Positions 14,040-29,045 of a DNA stretch of 64,000 nucleotides are shown in pieces. How positions within the stretch are numbered: the stretch's first letter is position 1; each line of letters begins with the position of its first letter. The stretch is taken from assembly GCF_009914755.1 (NCBI RefSeq), contig NC_060947.1; one strand, written 5' to 3'. A program made the position numbers and the translations under genes. This DNA is from the human T2T-CHM13v2.0 reference genome, Homo sapiens. The notes under the pieces are model-generated. The model was given only the letters and a program-made list of their open reading frames with translations, made no database searches and was not told the origin of the DNA.

Positions 14040-14772
14040 TTGGCAGTTTTCAAGGTATGAGTTTATTCTGTTTGATGTTCTGTCAATTTCTCCAGGGGAC
14101 AAGCAGCCAGATGGTTAATTGCCCTTCCTTAAGCACAGACGCACTCACAGAAAAGGTGTGAGGAAGGACCCCTCCGAAAGAGGAGCCTCTCACAGAGCAG
14201 GCTGAGCCGCTGTACAGAGTTGAGATTGTTGACCCACTGATTGTGCCTGAAAGGCTTTTCAGCCACACAAAACCCTGGGCTTCCTCATTAGCATATCAGA
14301 GGTGGCGCAGTGGTGGGAAATACTGCAGGCAACAAAGAATGTGGTTCAGTGGCATTGTCTCATTGGTGCTTACAGAAGCAGAAAAAATGATAATCAGGCC
14401 GGAGTTGCAGTGATGGACAGATGTTGACATATTTTCTTGGGCAACCAATGTCTTCCACTCCCCCTCCATCAGTTGACCCATTCTCAAGACTCCCCGCCCC
14501 TCCAAGGCACAGTTCCTCAACCAATACACAAGGAAAAGCCACGACACAATCAAAACCTCTCTTGAGCTGAAACGAAGACACAGTTTCAGCTTTAACTTGA
14601 ACCATGCCTGGAAGGGATTTGTCATTTTTCTCAGACTTGAAAGTCTTATTTGGAACATAACTTGATGATAAATAGGAGAGTCAGCTGCCAGTTACTAATA
14701 CCATCATAGAGACTGAGTCACTGTTGATGTCACCGCGCCTCTTTGCAGGATCAGCCATCTTATTATTTTATA
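14040..14772 (-). other. Candidate (possibly terminal) exon of an unannotated minus-strand transcript, containing a disabled ORF at 14758-14360
   Basis: Strong acceptor on - strand: cactaaacctcttttttccctttcag|tataaaataataagATGG (AG at 14774-14773); TE-free unique sequence; AATAAA on - strand near 14064-14069. Confidence 0.4.
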
Positions 14773-14876
14773 CTGAAAGGGAAAAAAGAGGTTTAGTGAA
14801 AAAGTCACTTTACATTCTTATTGTCCTAAATTTTTCCCATCTCTGAAGTTTGAGACCAGTGTTCTATGCTCTATAG

Positions 14877-15090
14877 CAATGGCTCTCAACTGGAGGTGAT
14901 TTTGCCCCCCAGGAATCGTGGCAATGTTTGGAGTCATTTTTTGTGGTCACAATTGGGTGAGGGGGTGCCACTGGCATTTAGTGGATCAAGTCCAGGGATG
15001 CTGCTGAAGATGCTACGATGCACAGGACAGCACCTACGATAAAGACTTATTTGGCTCAAAATGTCAACAGTGTCAAGGCTGAGGAACTCT
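14877..15090 (+). mobile_element. MER20
   Basis: caatggctctcaactggaggtgattttgccccccagg..actggcatttagtgg..tgcacaggacagc..aaaatgtcaacagtgtcaaggctgag. Confidence 0.9.
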
Positions 15091-16295
15091 AGTCTGTGGC
15101 CTTCTTTGTGAAGCTAGTTTACAAATTCTTACTGAGTCAAATTGCTATTGATAAATGGGCACCTCGAGGGACTTATAGCCCCATGATCACTATATTGATT
15201 TAGAATATTGAACAGTTCTTGACAAAGAACAGGGCCGAAATTAAAATTTCTCATCCTTGGCTGCAATATTGAAAGATTTTATCTAAGCAGTGGGTGTAAA
15301 GTTTGAGAAAATTGTATATTGAGCACTGAGGGGTAAAAATTTTCCTACATGCAGTAATTTGACTTTCTTACAGCCAACAATATGTCTTTTACTTCACGCT
15401 CAGCTAAGTCTTAAATATGCTCCAAATGGCATAAAATTTGATTGAAGAATTCTTCCTCCTCACTTGGAAATATTTATAACCTCTTGGAAAATGACACACT
15501 GGGACACACTATATGTTGTTCAATTATATATATTATATATAACATTATATATTATATATAAAATCAAATTTACATTTAAAATCACATGTTGTATTAGCTT
15601 TGTGTTTAATATCATGTTCGCCTGGCTTAAATTTTTTTCAGCTCAATATTTACAAATCAAAATATTTGTAATTGTATGTATACATATATATATGCCTAGA
15701 TAGATAGATACGTCTAGAGAAACATATGGTTTTCCTTAGGTGCAAGTTATTCTACCCAAGTAACTACATGTTGACCAAACCACTCCAGATCCAAAGCACT
15801 AAAGATTATTGGTCACTGGTTGTTATATCCATTAGTATACAATTTTGATAACTATCTTTTCCACAGGTTAAAGTAGATTTTGTATGCCAGTAAAAAAAAT
15901 TGCAGGTGATTATAATGGACTTTATAAAGAAGAATATAAAATGGAGACCAAATTAATTGTCTCAGTTTACCTTCAACTATCTTAAGTTATGGTCTACATG
16001 ATATACAGTTTTGTTCTTAAAAGTTTTTGATCAAAATTACCCTATTGTATCGGAATTCATCAAGCCTAAAGCACTTTCAAATTCACTTCACTCTCTGATG
16101 AAGACACTTTACCATTTGTAAAAATATTTTTGCTTCCTGTAAAACACAGTGTTATGTAGTCTAACACAGTGGTTCCTATTAGAATCAATTGGGCCCTAAA
16201 GGCATACTCATTTCTTAGGCCCTGCTCAGACTGGTTGAATGAGAATATAAGAGGATAAGGCCCAGGTATTGATATTAAAACAAAACAACAACAAC

Positions 16296-16322
16296 CACAC
16301 ACACACACACACACACACACAC
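16296..16322. repeat. (CA)n microsatellite
   Basis: Seen directly. Confidence 0.95.
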
Positions 16323-16599
16323 GCCAGGCAATTCAAACATACTGCCATGGTGGGAAGGCTGGCTGAAAACTCAGATCTAAAGCACAGACCATCATAGGCA
16401 ACAGAATTGGCAGGTAAAATGGGAAAATATTGCCCCATAGAGATAGTAGGGACATTTCCCTGTGTTGGCCTTGAGGGGAGGTGGAAGGCAGGAATAGCCC
16501 AGGAGAATAAGTTTGGTATGTAACAATTTAGCAATGATTCACTTTTTAAATTGCCATCCTGTATGATAAAGTCCTCCTGGGGAACTATAATGCAAGAAT

Positions 16600-16750
16600 G
16601 CTGGGATCCAGGTGGGGTTCTTAGTTCTGGCTCTTTCCCCACCAGCTGTGGGTGAGCTCTGTGGGTGAGCTCTTCCTTTACTCTTCCCAGCCTCAGTTTA
16701 TTCACCTGTAAAATGAGGGGGCTTGGTTATGATTTCTACTGTTTCTGTTC
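16600..16750 (+). mobile_element. MIR fragment
   Basis: gttcttagttctggctct..agcctcagtttattcacctgtaaaatgaggggg. Confidence 0.75.
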
Positions 16751-17012
16751 AACTTAGAAAAATGAGTCATAATTATGAACTTAGAAAAATATTAAACTGT
16801 TTAACATTGTATATTTTTCATAAATTTATAAAGCACTGTATGGCAAAATGAAAAAGAATTTATAAAGTTTTTTTGGCAATTTGTAATTCAGACATAAATT
16901 TGATCATATCAGGAAAATGGGCCTAGTGTTTTGGCTGTTTTCTATAGCTAAATATATCTTATACTGGAGATCAGCAAATTTTTCTGTAAAGAGGCAGATA
17001 GCAATTATTTTA

Positions 17013-17420
<408 letters not shown>

Positions 17421-17587
17421 TTAAACAATTAAAACATATATTTGGATAAAAAGAAAATTACGTGCTTTTATATAACAACTGTTAAAAGATATTGCTATAC
17501 AGAGAGACTGAACCCAGGCAATAAGGAGACCTGCTGAAGAAGTTTTTACTCAAAGCCTGCATGGAAGCCACCATCATGTGCCCCTAT

Positions 17588-17675
17588 AACAAACTCATCC
17601 TAGTTTGCCAGCGACTTGCCCAGTTTAAGCACTGAAAGTCTCAAGTCCCAGGAAATGAGGATGACTGGTTATTTT
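17588..17675. mobile_element. MER81-like hAT MITE remnant
   Basis: aactcatcctagtttgcc..cagtttaagcactgaaagtctcaagtcccaggaaa..ggatgactggtt. Confidence 0.5.
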
Positions 17676-18564
17676 ACATCTGTGACTCTTGGAAAGGTTT
17701 CTTTTTGGAAAATCTAGGATCAAATTGAAAGGGAAGAAGCTTGAGATGGAAATGCTTTCAGGAGCTTTACCATATAAACAACAGGCAAAGATCCCAGCTG
17801 GAAAACTGCAAAGGGAAAATTGTAAGAGAATATTTTGCAGTATTTTTTTGGCTTGAGCTCAATGGATTCTAAATCTACCTTCCCATTAACAGCATCAGTT
17901 CAACAGGCTGTACATGAGGAAAGTGCTTATTCACAAGGTGTGTCAGGTCTTTTTTGTAGAACCAGTTTATACATCCTCTGGATATGATAAATGCTAGGCA
18001 TTATGATGAAACACAATCCAACCTTACTACTCAGAAGTTACAGGATTTAGAATTATTTCCTGGGTTTGTCCGAAGAGGACATGTGACATGAAACTAGCTG
18101 TGAGCCTAACTATGAATAAAAAGATTACTGGTAGAGACTACTTCTGAAACAGTCCAGAATAAAGTGGGAGCAATTTTCTCAACATATTATTATGTGCATC
18201 TGTGATATTATTATCATAATTTGAATCTTTAAGACTAGAAGCTCAAAGCTCAAAAGGCGATTTTCTCTGAGGAACTTGTCTTGAAATTAAGTACACGACC
18301 TCCAGAGAAGTTTTGTTATAACCACATGGTTTTCCAGTTGTACTTCATCCAAACAGGAACCCTTCTTAAAACATAAATATTAAAAAGCAGATCCAATAGT
18401 TCAAAAGAGGATGCCATTGGCTAAAACAAAACCAAGAATATAATTTAGAACCTTTTACAATATTCTTTCATTTTTTTCATTTTATCCAAATTTTAATCCC
18501 GTGTTTGAAGCTTCGAATGTTTCCTTTATGATTCATCCTATTTGGGGTCATAAAAGCACCTTTA

Positions 18565-19084
<520 letters not shown>

Positions 19085-19409
19085 CTAATGCAACCTTTAA
19101 CACAGATATTACATGCATATTTATTAATATATTTATATGGCAATACACACTGACACATTCCAGGAAAAAGGAGGTGAAGCAATAGTTTCTATTTCCTTAA
19201 AATTCCTCCATGACCATGCTTAGTTTTTTCCGTTCCTTACAAACACTTAAACCATTCTGAACTTCCGTGGTGTGAGGTCCTAATCCTACTTCCCATTCCC
19301 TTTATAGCAAAAGAAAATGTTTGTTTCCGTCTAGGAAAAGGCACTTCTCACTTTTTTTTTGTAGAACTAAAACATCAAACTGCTACCTAAATTATTATTA
19401 TTATTACCT

Positions 19410-19732
19410 GCATTATTTTTCGACCCTTAAAGGTACCAGCACCAGCTGATTGAGTGAGAGCTACTTCCTCAGAGGCCTGGGCCCCAGCCCTTCGAGGGTT
19501 CGCCTCATAGATTTTAGGTTCTGTTAACCCCAAGTTCTTCCATTTTTTTTTTCCCCGCAGGCCTGGGAGTGGCTGTTGTCTTCAGTAGTAGCAGCTACCT
19601 CTGTTACCTCCGTGTTCCCACCTTCTCTTTTCAGTCCTCTAATGCCTATTTAACTGAGTCTCTATATTCAATATTAAGATTAAAATAACAGGTGTGTTTC
19701 TCCTTTTCTCAATTGCATTTTGATTGAGACTC
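19410..19732 (+). mobile_element. Old ERVL-type LTR fragment (LTR16/LTR33-like)
   Basis: 3' end aaataacaggtgtgtttctcc..ttgattgagac; family assignment tentative. Confidence 0.4.
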
Positions 19733-20909
19733 AGCTCTACTGTAGGCCTCTAAGGCTCTGATTTCTCAAACATGCCACATGGTGATGGAAGGGAGCCTGG
19801 TAACATTCCTTTCCATTTGTCCAGGCTTTACTGTCTCCTTGTTGAGATCTATGTACTTATATAAAGTGGCCCCCAAAGAGGAATCCTCCTTCTAGGACCC
19901 CGCCTCCCCACTCCTTACACACATTTCTATTGCAACTCTGTGACACCTTCATGGATTGACCACACACCAAGGGTTCTGCCCAAGGGTTCTCTTTGATATT
20001 TGCTCAGAAAATCCTATCTCCCTATCCCAAATAGCCTGGGCTCCAGGGCATTCTTATCACTCATTCCATCCTTCACAAGATAACTGACATTTTACTCAAG
20101 GTGGCTGTTTAGGAGAGAGTTAGCTCCTGCCCAGAAGGACATGCCTTAGCTGATCCAAGGACTCTAGACAAGCCCTAAGACTCCTCATTTTGGCCCCGCA
20201 AGGCACTTTTTCTTAGATACGCTTACATTCTTAAAGCTAAAATGGACCTTTGAAATTATTTATCATCTATTCTAACCTTTCCTTCTAGGGAGGATCTATA
20301 AATTACATATTTTAAAAAATTACAATCATAGATGAATAAAACAAAAAGAAATGGTTACATAGATAATTCAGAGAAGACGAATTTTTCCTATGTCTGATGC
20401 TGTAAGGCAGCCAAGAAATCCAAAAGAAGTATTTTACATATGTGTGTATTTTTTTAAATAAAAATATATTTTTTAAAATTTTTATCTTTAACCTGGCTCT
20501 ACACATTGAGAGTTACCATCTCAATAAATGTCAGGTTCGGGAACTTGTAAATTCTATAGAGAACTAAAGTAATTTTCCTGTAATTATTCAGCAGCTGTCA
20601 TTCCTGGAAACTGTAATTGCAGTGAAATAGAATGTTCCCAAATCATGATGAGGGGAGGCAATGTTCTGTGATCTGGGGCATGCAATGCCAATGAGGAATA
20701 CAGCATATAATCTGTGTATCTAGAATATAAAATGGAAATACTGCTAGGGCATATGAGGCCACCATTTGTTCGATTATTCAAAATCTCTTATAATGTTTTG
20801 GTCTCTCAAGCATCCATGGCCACATTCTGATAAGATTCTATTTAATCCTCTGCATGTTCAAGCCTGATATCTGCTTATGGTATTCTCATCTCTATAAAAA
20901 CAACCACAA

Positions 20910-21192
20910 AGGATGGTTAACAGATAGAAAAGTACCGCCAGATAGGAGGAATAAGTTCTAGTCTTCTGTAGCACTATTGGGGGTGGTTATGATGAACAAC
21001 AATTTATTGTATATTTTCAGCTAGATAGAAAAGCGGATTTTGAATGTTCTCACACAAATAAATGATGAGTATTTGAGATGATAGATATGCTAATTACCCT
21101 GGTTTGATCATTATACATTGTATACATGTATCAAAATATCACATTGTACTATATGTACAATTATACGTCAATTTAAAATAATAATAAAAGTA
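20910..21192 (+). mobile_element. L1MA 3' end
   Basis: gataggaggaataagttctag..ttttgaatgttctcac..gatatgctaattaccctggtttgatcattatac. Confidence 0.85.
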
Positions 21193-21339
21193 AAAACCCC
21201 CCTTATGTACATTGAAAAAGCACTTTTAACGATGAATTCTGAGTTTCTTTTCCCGACAAATGTAAAACAACAGAGTTGAAAAACAGGGTTGATTCTCTAT
21301 AGTTATGTTTAAATATCCTCATTCCATTTAGCGCTGTGG

Positions 21340-21765
21340 TTACCTACTAGTTATCTATTGACATATAACAAACTACCTGAAATCTTAGCAGCTTAAATCA
21401 GTCAACATTTTTTATTTCACAGTTTCTGTGGGTTAGGAATTCAAGAGTACCTTAGATGGGTAGTTCCAGCTCAGGAGCATTCATGAGGCTCCTGTGGAAC
21501 TAGGCTGTGGACCAGGGCTGCAGTCATCTGCCTATTTTCAAGTATTTCATTCTTTTAGTCGCTATTGTTAACTGAGTTTTTCAATTATTTTTTTCAGTTT
21601 GTTCATTATTAGTGTAAAGAAATATATTAATTTTTGTGCTGATTTCATATCCTGCAACTGATGAATTAGTTTAGTAGTTTCTAACAGGTTTGAATGTGTA
21701 ATCTTTAAGGTTTTCTCTATATATAACCATGTCATCTGCAAACAGAGATCATCTTTCTTGTCAGT
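21340..21765 (-). mobile_element. MLT1 fragment joined to an L1M fragment
   Basis: taacaaactacctgaaatcttagcagcttaaa..gggttaggaattc, followed by gatttcatatcctgcaact..atgtcatctgcaaacagagat. Confidence 0.7.
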
Positions 21766-24123
21766 CGAAATCCATCATGAAAATAGCACTGCAGAGGGCT
21801 GATATACCCCTGTACTGGTGGGAGTCAGCTGGGTGTGTGCCCTTGGACTTAATTCTTCATATTTCTGGGTCTGTTTCCTCACTTGCCAAGTGAAAGAAGG
21901 ATGAGGAAAGAATGACACTGGTCTTAACTGGCCTTTTACAGTCATTATCTTAACTATAGTCATTATCTCATATAATGTTCAAAGCAGAAGCAAAATTCTA
22001 AGCAGTAAGAACAGAGAGACTAAGCAATCAGGAGGACCACCTACCTGCAGCACCCAATTGTAAGGCAAGGAACCAAATCCCATTCAGCCTTACCATAAAA
22101 CCAACTGAGTCAGGTACTTCCTAAGTCCACTTGCAGCTGTCAAACCCCTGTGCCTTCCACCAAAAGTGCCCACATACTTTATTTTGAGTTCTGTAGTCCC
22201 AGAGAATTGCTTTTCATTTTTTTAACAAAGATCCTTTAAATGCAAACCATTTGTATCATTTCCTTGATTTTCTTTTCCCCTGTGGAAACTAACCACTTTT
22301 GTACAGTGACTCCATTTTTAATTCAGGAAAATAAAGAAAATAAATGATTGGTATGTAGGTCAGTTTCTGGCTCTCCCTGAGTTAGGAAACAAACGATCAG
22401 GACCTAGCTAGACATGTACCTAGTTCCATTATTCCTTAATACGGCTATTCATAGAGATATTCCTGTGCATTTCACCTCGCTCTTTCCTTGTGACCTAGTA
22501 GTAATAAACCTCCAAAGAACTGACTTGAGGCTAAGAGTCCAAATTTATTGCATCTCAGATAAATGTTTTTTGAGGCTTTTGAGAACCTTCTGTTGACTTC
22601 ACTAAACCATTTTTTTCTCTACATAGACATGGATTGTTTAAAAATGTATTTCATATGGTTATTTAAGAGGATGTGTCTTTCTGCTAGCCAGATGATTACT
22701 GTAGGATTATAAGCATATTGTTGAGACTTTAGTACATAATCTCTCAAAAAATTCAAGGAATGTATAGGGTCTTTGGTTGCTTTGTGTGCTTTTCCCTTTA
22801 TGAAGCCACCCTGGTACCCTGACCCCCTGTCACACCACCCTGGGGCTCTGATGAATCTACAACTTTGAAGACCATTCTCATGTGCCTTGTTGATTGATGG
22901 CTTTCTTTTCAAAGCTTCAGGAGGTTGGGGACACATTTTCCACTGTGGGAACATTTTCATATTTAAAATTAAAGCTGCAGCACAGTTCTATGGTTAGAAG
23001 AGTAGCATTTTTAACTAAGGTGCCACCAAGTCACACATGATACAGATTCATCACTTTATGGTATTTGCCGTGCTTGACAGACAGAGCAAGACAGGCATTG
23101 GCTTCTAGCATCTGTCCATGTAAACCTACTTTTTGAAAAATGTTCACATCCAACCTTCTTTTGAGAGATTGAGAAGCAACAGGATGACTTTTTACCCAAC
23201 CAAATATGAGGTTCTCTTATGAATCAGGAAGAAGTGTACAATGTTTATTTTAAAGAAACTTCTTATTTATAGCATTTTGCTTACTGGAGTGCTGGAGCTA
23301 GCTCACACCAGCCTATAAAAGTTGACTGATTTTGTCCCACGTTTGAAAAAGAAGAAAAACACACGTTATGCAATGCCAACCATGTCCTTTTTTAAGATGG
23401 TGGGCTCCTCAGAAAAGACATTTTTTTTTTCCCCACAGAATTTATAACCTATTTGAGGAAAGAAGGAAGACTGGAAACACCAAACAAAGCAGTGTAACCT
23501 TGACCATAAGGACAAGCGGAGTCCAAGAAAGAAAGAGAAAGGAGTGGGCACATATGGCAGAGACCATGGAAATGCTGGAGTTTGGGCTAGGTCTCTAAGG
23601 ACAGGCAGGACAGGAATATGGGCAATCAGGCAGAGAGAAAGTCATGGAAAAGTTATGGTAGGCACATAGAAACAATAAAATCTACCATGAATAAGAAAAG
23701 CAAGCATAGAGCATGTGAGTGTAGTGATGTGGGGAGAGCTTGCCACTGTGGGACACGGTACAGTTTGTGCTGTGTCTCATACACATCATACGTCTTCTCA
23801 TTCTGATCCTCAAACCGAGCCTGAGAGATGAAGGCTATTGAGGCTTAATTGGTGCAACACAACTGTATAAGCCTGTGGTCAGAACAACAAAAAAAATTGT
23901 CTGCTATCCCTGGTTCTGCATTGTCCCACAGTACCATGTTGATTCCACTTATCTGCACTTTAAAGCATGTAATACAGAAAAGCAGCAACAAAAAGGAATT
24001 TTAAATGAGTAAATATATTTAACACTTTCTGATTAACTCTAAACGTGTGGATGATGTTCTGGTTGGCCTTGAATGACAGTAAAGTGTAACTTCCGAGTAG
24101 GATCGCTTTCAAGAGTTCAGATA

Positions 24124-24422
24124 GGCTGGGCGTGGTGTCTCACGCATGTAATCCCAGCACTTTGGGAGGCTGAGGCAGGCGGATCACTTGAGCCCAGGAG
24201 TTAGAGACCAGACTGGGAAACACGAGGAAAGCTCGTCTCCACAAAAAATACAAAAAATTAGCCGGCATGGTGGCACACACTGTAGTCTCAGCTACTTGGA
24301 CAGCTGAGGTGGGAGGATCACCTGAGCCCAGGGAGGTCGAGGCTGCAGTGAGCCGTGATCACACTTCTGCACTCCAGCCTGGGCAACAGAGTGAGACCCC
24401 GTCTCAAAAAAAAAAAAAAAAA
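24124..24422 (+). mobile_element. Alu (AluJ-like), full length
   Basis: Canonical Alu with polyA; TSD aagagttcWgata at 24111-24123 and 24421-24433. Confidence 0.95.
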
Positions 24423-24734
24423 GAGTTCTGATACAATTTCTCTGCAAGGCATCCAACATATCTGAGCACACAGGCTTACTGTAGTCAACCCTAACTTTGA
24501 CAGGAAGCAGAATTATAACCAGAGGTCAATTTCTAAGGAAAAGAAAACACACAACAACTAAAACATAGTGTTATCTAAACTATGGGGGCTGGATTCTTAG
24601 GCCCCCTGAGAGTCAACTTTCCTAAAAGAAATATTTTTGTTCTTTTCCCCATACCATATGCTAAACCTCAAAAGGAATAAACAAGAACTGAACTTTTGAG
24701 TTTAAAAATTTCCAGTAACTTGAATCTCGTATGG

Positions 24735-25035
24735 TGTTGAGTGAAAAAATCCAGAGACAAATGGAATACTTCATGATTTTGTTTCTCTAAAGTATAAAAA
24801 ACTAAGCAAAACCAATCTGTGCTGTTAGAAGTCAGCTTCGTGGTTATCCTTGGTGGTGTGGGAGTGGGGGTATGAAGACAGGGATCAAAAGAGAGCTTTT
24901 GAGGTGTAGGCAATATTCAGTTTCTCTGTCTGAGTAGTGTTTACACAGGTATGCTCACTTTGTAAAAATTCATCAAGTTGTAAACTTAGAAGCTGCACAT
25001 TTTTCCTTATGTATGTTGTACTTCGGTAGTTAAAT
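24735..25035 (+). mobile_element. L1ME 3' end
   Basis: gttgagtgaaaaaa..gttagaagtcag..gtttacacaggt..tttgtaaaaattcatcaagttgtaaactta. Confidence 0.7.
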
Positions 25036-25744
25036 ATTTCCTGCACACTTAAACAGGGTAGAGCCAGGATTATAATACTTTAAAAGACAAAGAATGCTCG
25101 ACACTGGAAAAATGCTCTATGACAATAGCGTGTAGTATTGGAGGCCTGGCTTGAGTAGATGTTAGGGTAGAGCAGTCTTAGGAGGTCTGAAGGAAAGAAG
25201 GCCAGGTAAACAGAAGCACTGGTACATTCCATCCTTCCAAATGAGTGCCAGAATCTAACTGAAGGATACTTGAGACAATTAGAGATATAATAAAAGGTCC
25301 TAGATGGCATATAATATCCAATATCAGAATCTGGCCCACTCTGGGGCTATTTTCTCATAATTCAACAAATTGGTTGCCCCTGGAGATCTTAATCCAGAAG
25401 GAAATGATTTCAGATAAAGAGAGAAAAGGCCACACTTATACGAGGTAAATAAAATAGACATTCTATTTTTAGTCATTCAATGAATAGAATACAATTTTAA
25501 AAGCAGAGTGTAGGGCCCCTTGAATCTCACTCACTGGTCACTCTTCATAATTGTAGCAGATACACAGGATCATGAAATTTTTGAACAGAAAGTGGTATAT
25601 AATTTAAGAGACATACTATTTTATCCCTTTTCTAGGTTTGCTAAGCCTCTACTTATGTCAAGTCAGCTCATTATAAAGTTCTGTACCATGTTAGGTTAAG
25701 CTCTTACCGCCTATCCAAAATTTTCTTCTCCAAGTTATACCTTG

Positions 25745-26235
25745 GAGCAAATGTCAGATCTTTTTCTATGCCACAGAGCCTACTGGTGATCTGGTGAAGC
25801 CTATGGACTCTCCCCAGAGCAAGTGTTTAAATCCATAAATGAAAAGGCATGAGCTTACAAAGAAAACCACTTTTACTAAAATTCAGTTATCAAAATACTT
25901 TAAAACTTTAATATAGCAACATGTATGCTTCTTAGAGAAAGCATTACAAACAAGAGCTGCCTGAGGTCTACTAGCAATTGTAATTTCAAAGTGTCAATGA
26001 GAACAAATGAATTTTTGAAATATCTGCAACAACTCTATTGTAATTTTTAAAAAATCTGTGGTTTCTATTGGTGAAAAAGTTATAAGTATTGATAAAATTC
26101 TGTGTAGGCTTCATGCACGCTAGAAAGAAATGCTAAATGTCAGTTAGGGGTTGATGAAAGTAAGGACGCAATTTTTTTTTCCATCCAAGCCCATAGATAC
26201 CGTGGATTCCACCTACAGACTCGAGATCTGTGAAT
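25745..26235. mobile_element. hAT-Charlie element (MER119-like)
   Basis: ctggtgaagcctatggac..cagttatcaaaatac..aatttttttttccatccaag. Confidence 0.6.
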
Positions 26236-26603
26236 CCCAAGCTAACGATCTCTGTTTTAGGGCATGCTCTCGGCCTATATTCAGGCTTACTAGCCATTTA
26301 ACAATAACATCCTTGATTTTTGTAAAATGGTTTAAATTATTGTGTAACATATAGTCCAAGGTTTCCCAAATAAAGGGTTTAAATTTTAGTATTAAGAGAA
26401 ACTGTGCCTCTGAAAAATAAGAAGAGTTATGTGTAATGGCCCTGCTTTACATTTCTGCCCACATTGATTTTTATCTGTATTGACAGTAACTATATTAACT
26501 TTTGTGGCTTGCATATTTGGCTTCTCTGCCTTTTCTTGATTTTAGTTTTCCACTGCCATTGTATGAACCCAATTTTATGTGTTTCTTTTATTGAAAACCA
26601 TCG

Positions 26604-26665
26604 TGTGTGTGCATGTGCATACACGTACATGTGTGTATGTGTGTGTGTCTGTGTGTGTGTGTGTG
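26604..26665. repeat. Interrupted (TG)n microsatellite
   Basis: Seen directly. Confidence 0.9.
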
Positions 26666-26669
26666 CTTA

Positions 26670-27071
<402 letters not shown>

Positions 27072-28434
27072 TCAATGTCATGTTTCCAAATATTTGCAAC
27101 CCCTGGTAAATACCAGACATAAGGTCTAGAACTGGCTTGTACTGTGATTGAATATGGATTTGTATTTATGTGAGAGGGGTTGATCTCCAGCAGAAAGGAA
27201 CTGCCTTTTAAAAATATCCAAATATAGAATAACATTCAGTATGCTGGAGTGTTGCATGCCTGTGGCCTGTCATTGAAGGGCAGCCGGAGGGTCTGCCAGG
27301 ACTCATCTTTGGCAACAACATAATTTCCTCTCGCATTCTAATCTTCCCATTCTCCATTTAAATGAGTTTTTTTCCTTGTACTAATTTTATTTTTAAAATT
27401 CCAGGCTTGGGGGAAAATTAGAAGAGTAATATATTCATTATTTTTAAAGATAATCAACATCCTGATTTATTAATTTTATAGTATTGTCTGCATGATGTAT
27501 AACAGATCTACTCTCTGGATTGGAAAGGGGCCTCCCAGGGAAGCCAGAGATAGAAGATGGATGAATTGCATGATAATTTTCTTGGCCTTTATTTAGCAAA
27601 TGCTGTGGGTGTGCTGTTTTTCACTGTTCAGCTTGAGAGTGAACATGACAATGGAATGACTCCAATTTAGAGGTAAGGCCATCCTTAAACATGTTCTCCA
27701 TTCTTCTGCCTCTATGACAGTGATGTGATAATACCTGACTCCTCTTTAGAGGCAAGACCACCCTTAATTATTCTCTCCATCCTTCTGTCTCCACAGCTGA
27801 GGCAGAAATTACATGAATCATTGATAATGTGTTTCTCTTACAATCGTCAAAGTCAGGTCCTTAAAACTTTGGGGTCTGAATGCCCACCCTTGCCAGCCAG
27901 CAAGGGCACAGGATCATCCTTAAACACATTTAAATGGTCTTCCCTGGAGCCAAGGATTAATAAACTTGTTAGAGTCCTCCAGACAAGTTCATGACTACAG
28001 GGTAGATGTTTTAAGTTTTGTCAAAGGAGAGACAAGACATTTTCTCCCTATCACTTCCTATATCTGTTGTATTTAAGGCTTACTGGTTTAATGTTCTTTT
28101 CCTCTATTGTAGCCTATACTCCTTGCGCCTCATGGGTTCAAGCCTCAACATCTTTGCTCAAACAGGCCTGACACTTGAGCAGATAAAAATCTAAATTGGA
28201 GATCTAGGACCAACATCCATGAAAAATAAGGCATAGGCTCACCTATCAATGCTATAAATGCAATCAGAACATCAATATACAAGTCCTGAAGGAATGAGAA
28301 ATACCAGGCAACTCTCCTTATTCTATCTAATCTCCTTATTCTAACTCATCCTCTGCATAATTGTCCAAAAAAAATCTTAAAACTTTTATTTCTCTCTTAT
28401 TTGCCACCCTCCTGTTCCTTTTGTGTATCACAGA

Positions 28435-29045
28435 GTAATAACACTGAACACTGATGGAGAGCTGACCACTACTGGGCATTATCCTAAGTGCTTTACATTC
28501 ATTCACCTATCTAATACTTGCAACAGCTCTCTGGGGTATGTGCTGCTCCTATCCACATGATTCAAATGAAGGAATCAAAGATTAGAGAGATTAGATAAAA
28601 TGCTGTGGAATTCACAGTACTTTTTCACCAAATATTTCTATTCCTCCACTTTCAGAGAACATGCTAGGCTTGCACCTTGTCTTTGGCTGACACCATATTC
28701 ACTGAATATGGCCCACTGAATATGGAAGTGACGAGTGTCATTTCCAGGCTGAGCACTGATTGAAGCCCCACGACTCTCCAGGGCTCTCTTTTCCCTTCTG
28801 CCACAGCAACTGACAACATTGAAGATGGTGGCTGCATTAGCAGCCCGGATCTCAGAGTAAGGAAACACGAAGAGAGCTCCCAGCTGCCTTGCAATGTACA
28901 TGTCGTGTTAAGAGATAAACAAACATTTGGGGCTGTTTGTCACTCCAGCATAGCCTATCCTCTCCTGACTAATAGAGGTGCCTCCTATATTATGCGGCTG
29001 GTCAATGGCAGAGATGATCTGACCTTAGAGTCCAAGCTCTCAATC
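28435..29045. mobile_element. MIR (-) interrupted by an MLT1J/I-like LTR (+, about 28600-28975)
   Basis: ctgggcattatcctaagtgctttaca (MIR); gaagtgacgagtgtcatttccaggctgagca..ggggctgtttgtcactccagcatagccta (MLT1). Confidence 0.65.

Noticed and set aside
13910-14665. Plus-strand stop-poor frame (MESEFAW...) as a pseudogene
   Set aside because: It has three internal stops, no flanking + strand splice signals and no recognisable homologue; the minus-strand reading has better signals.
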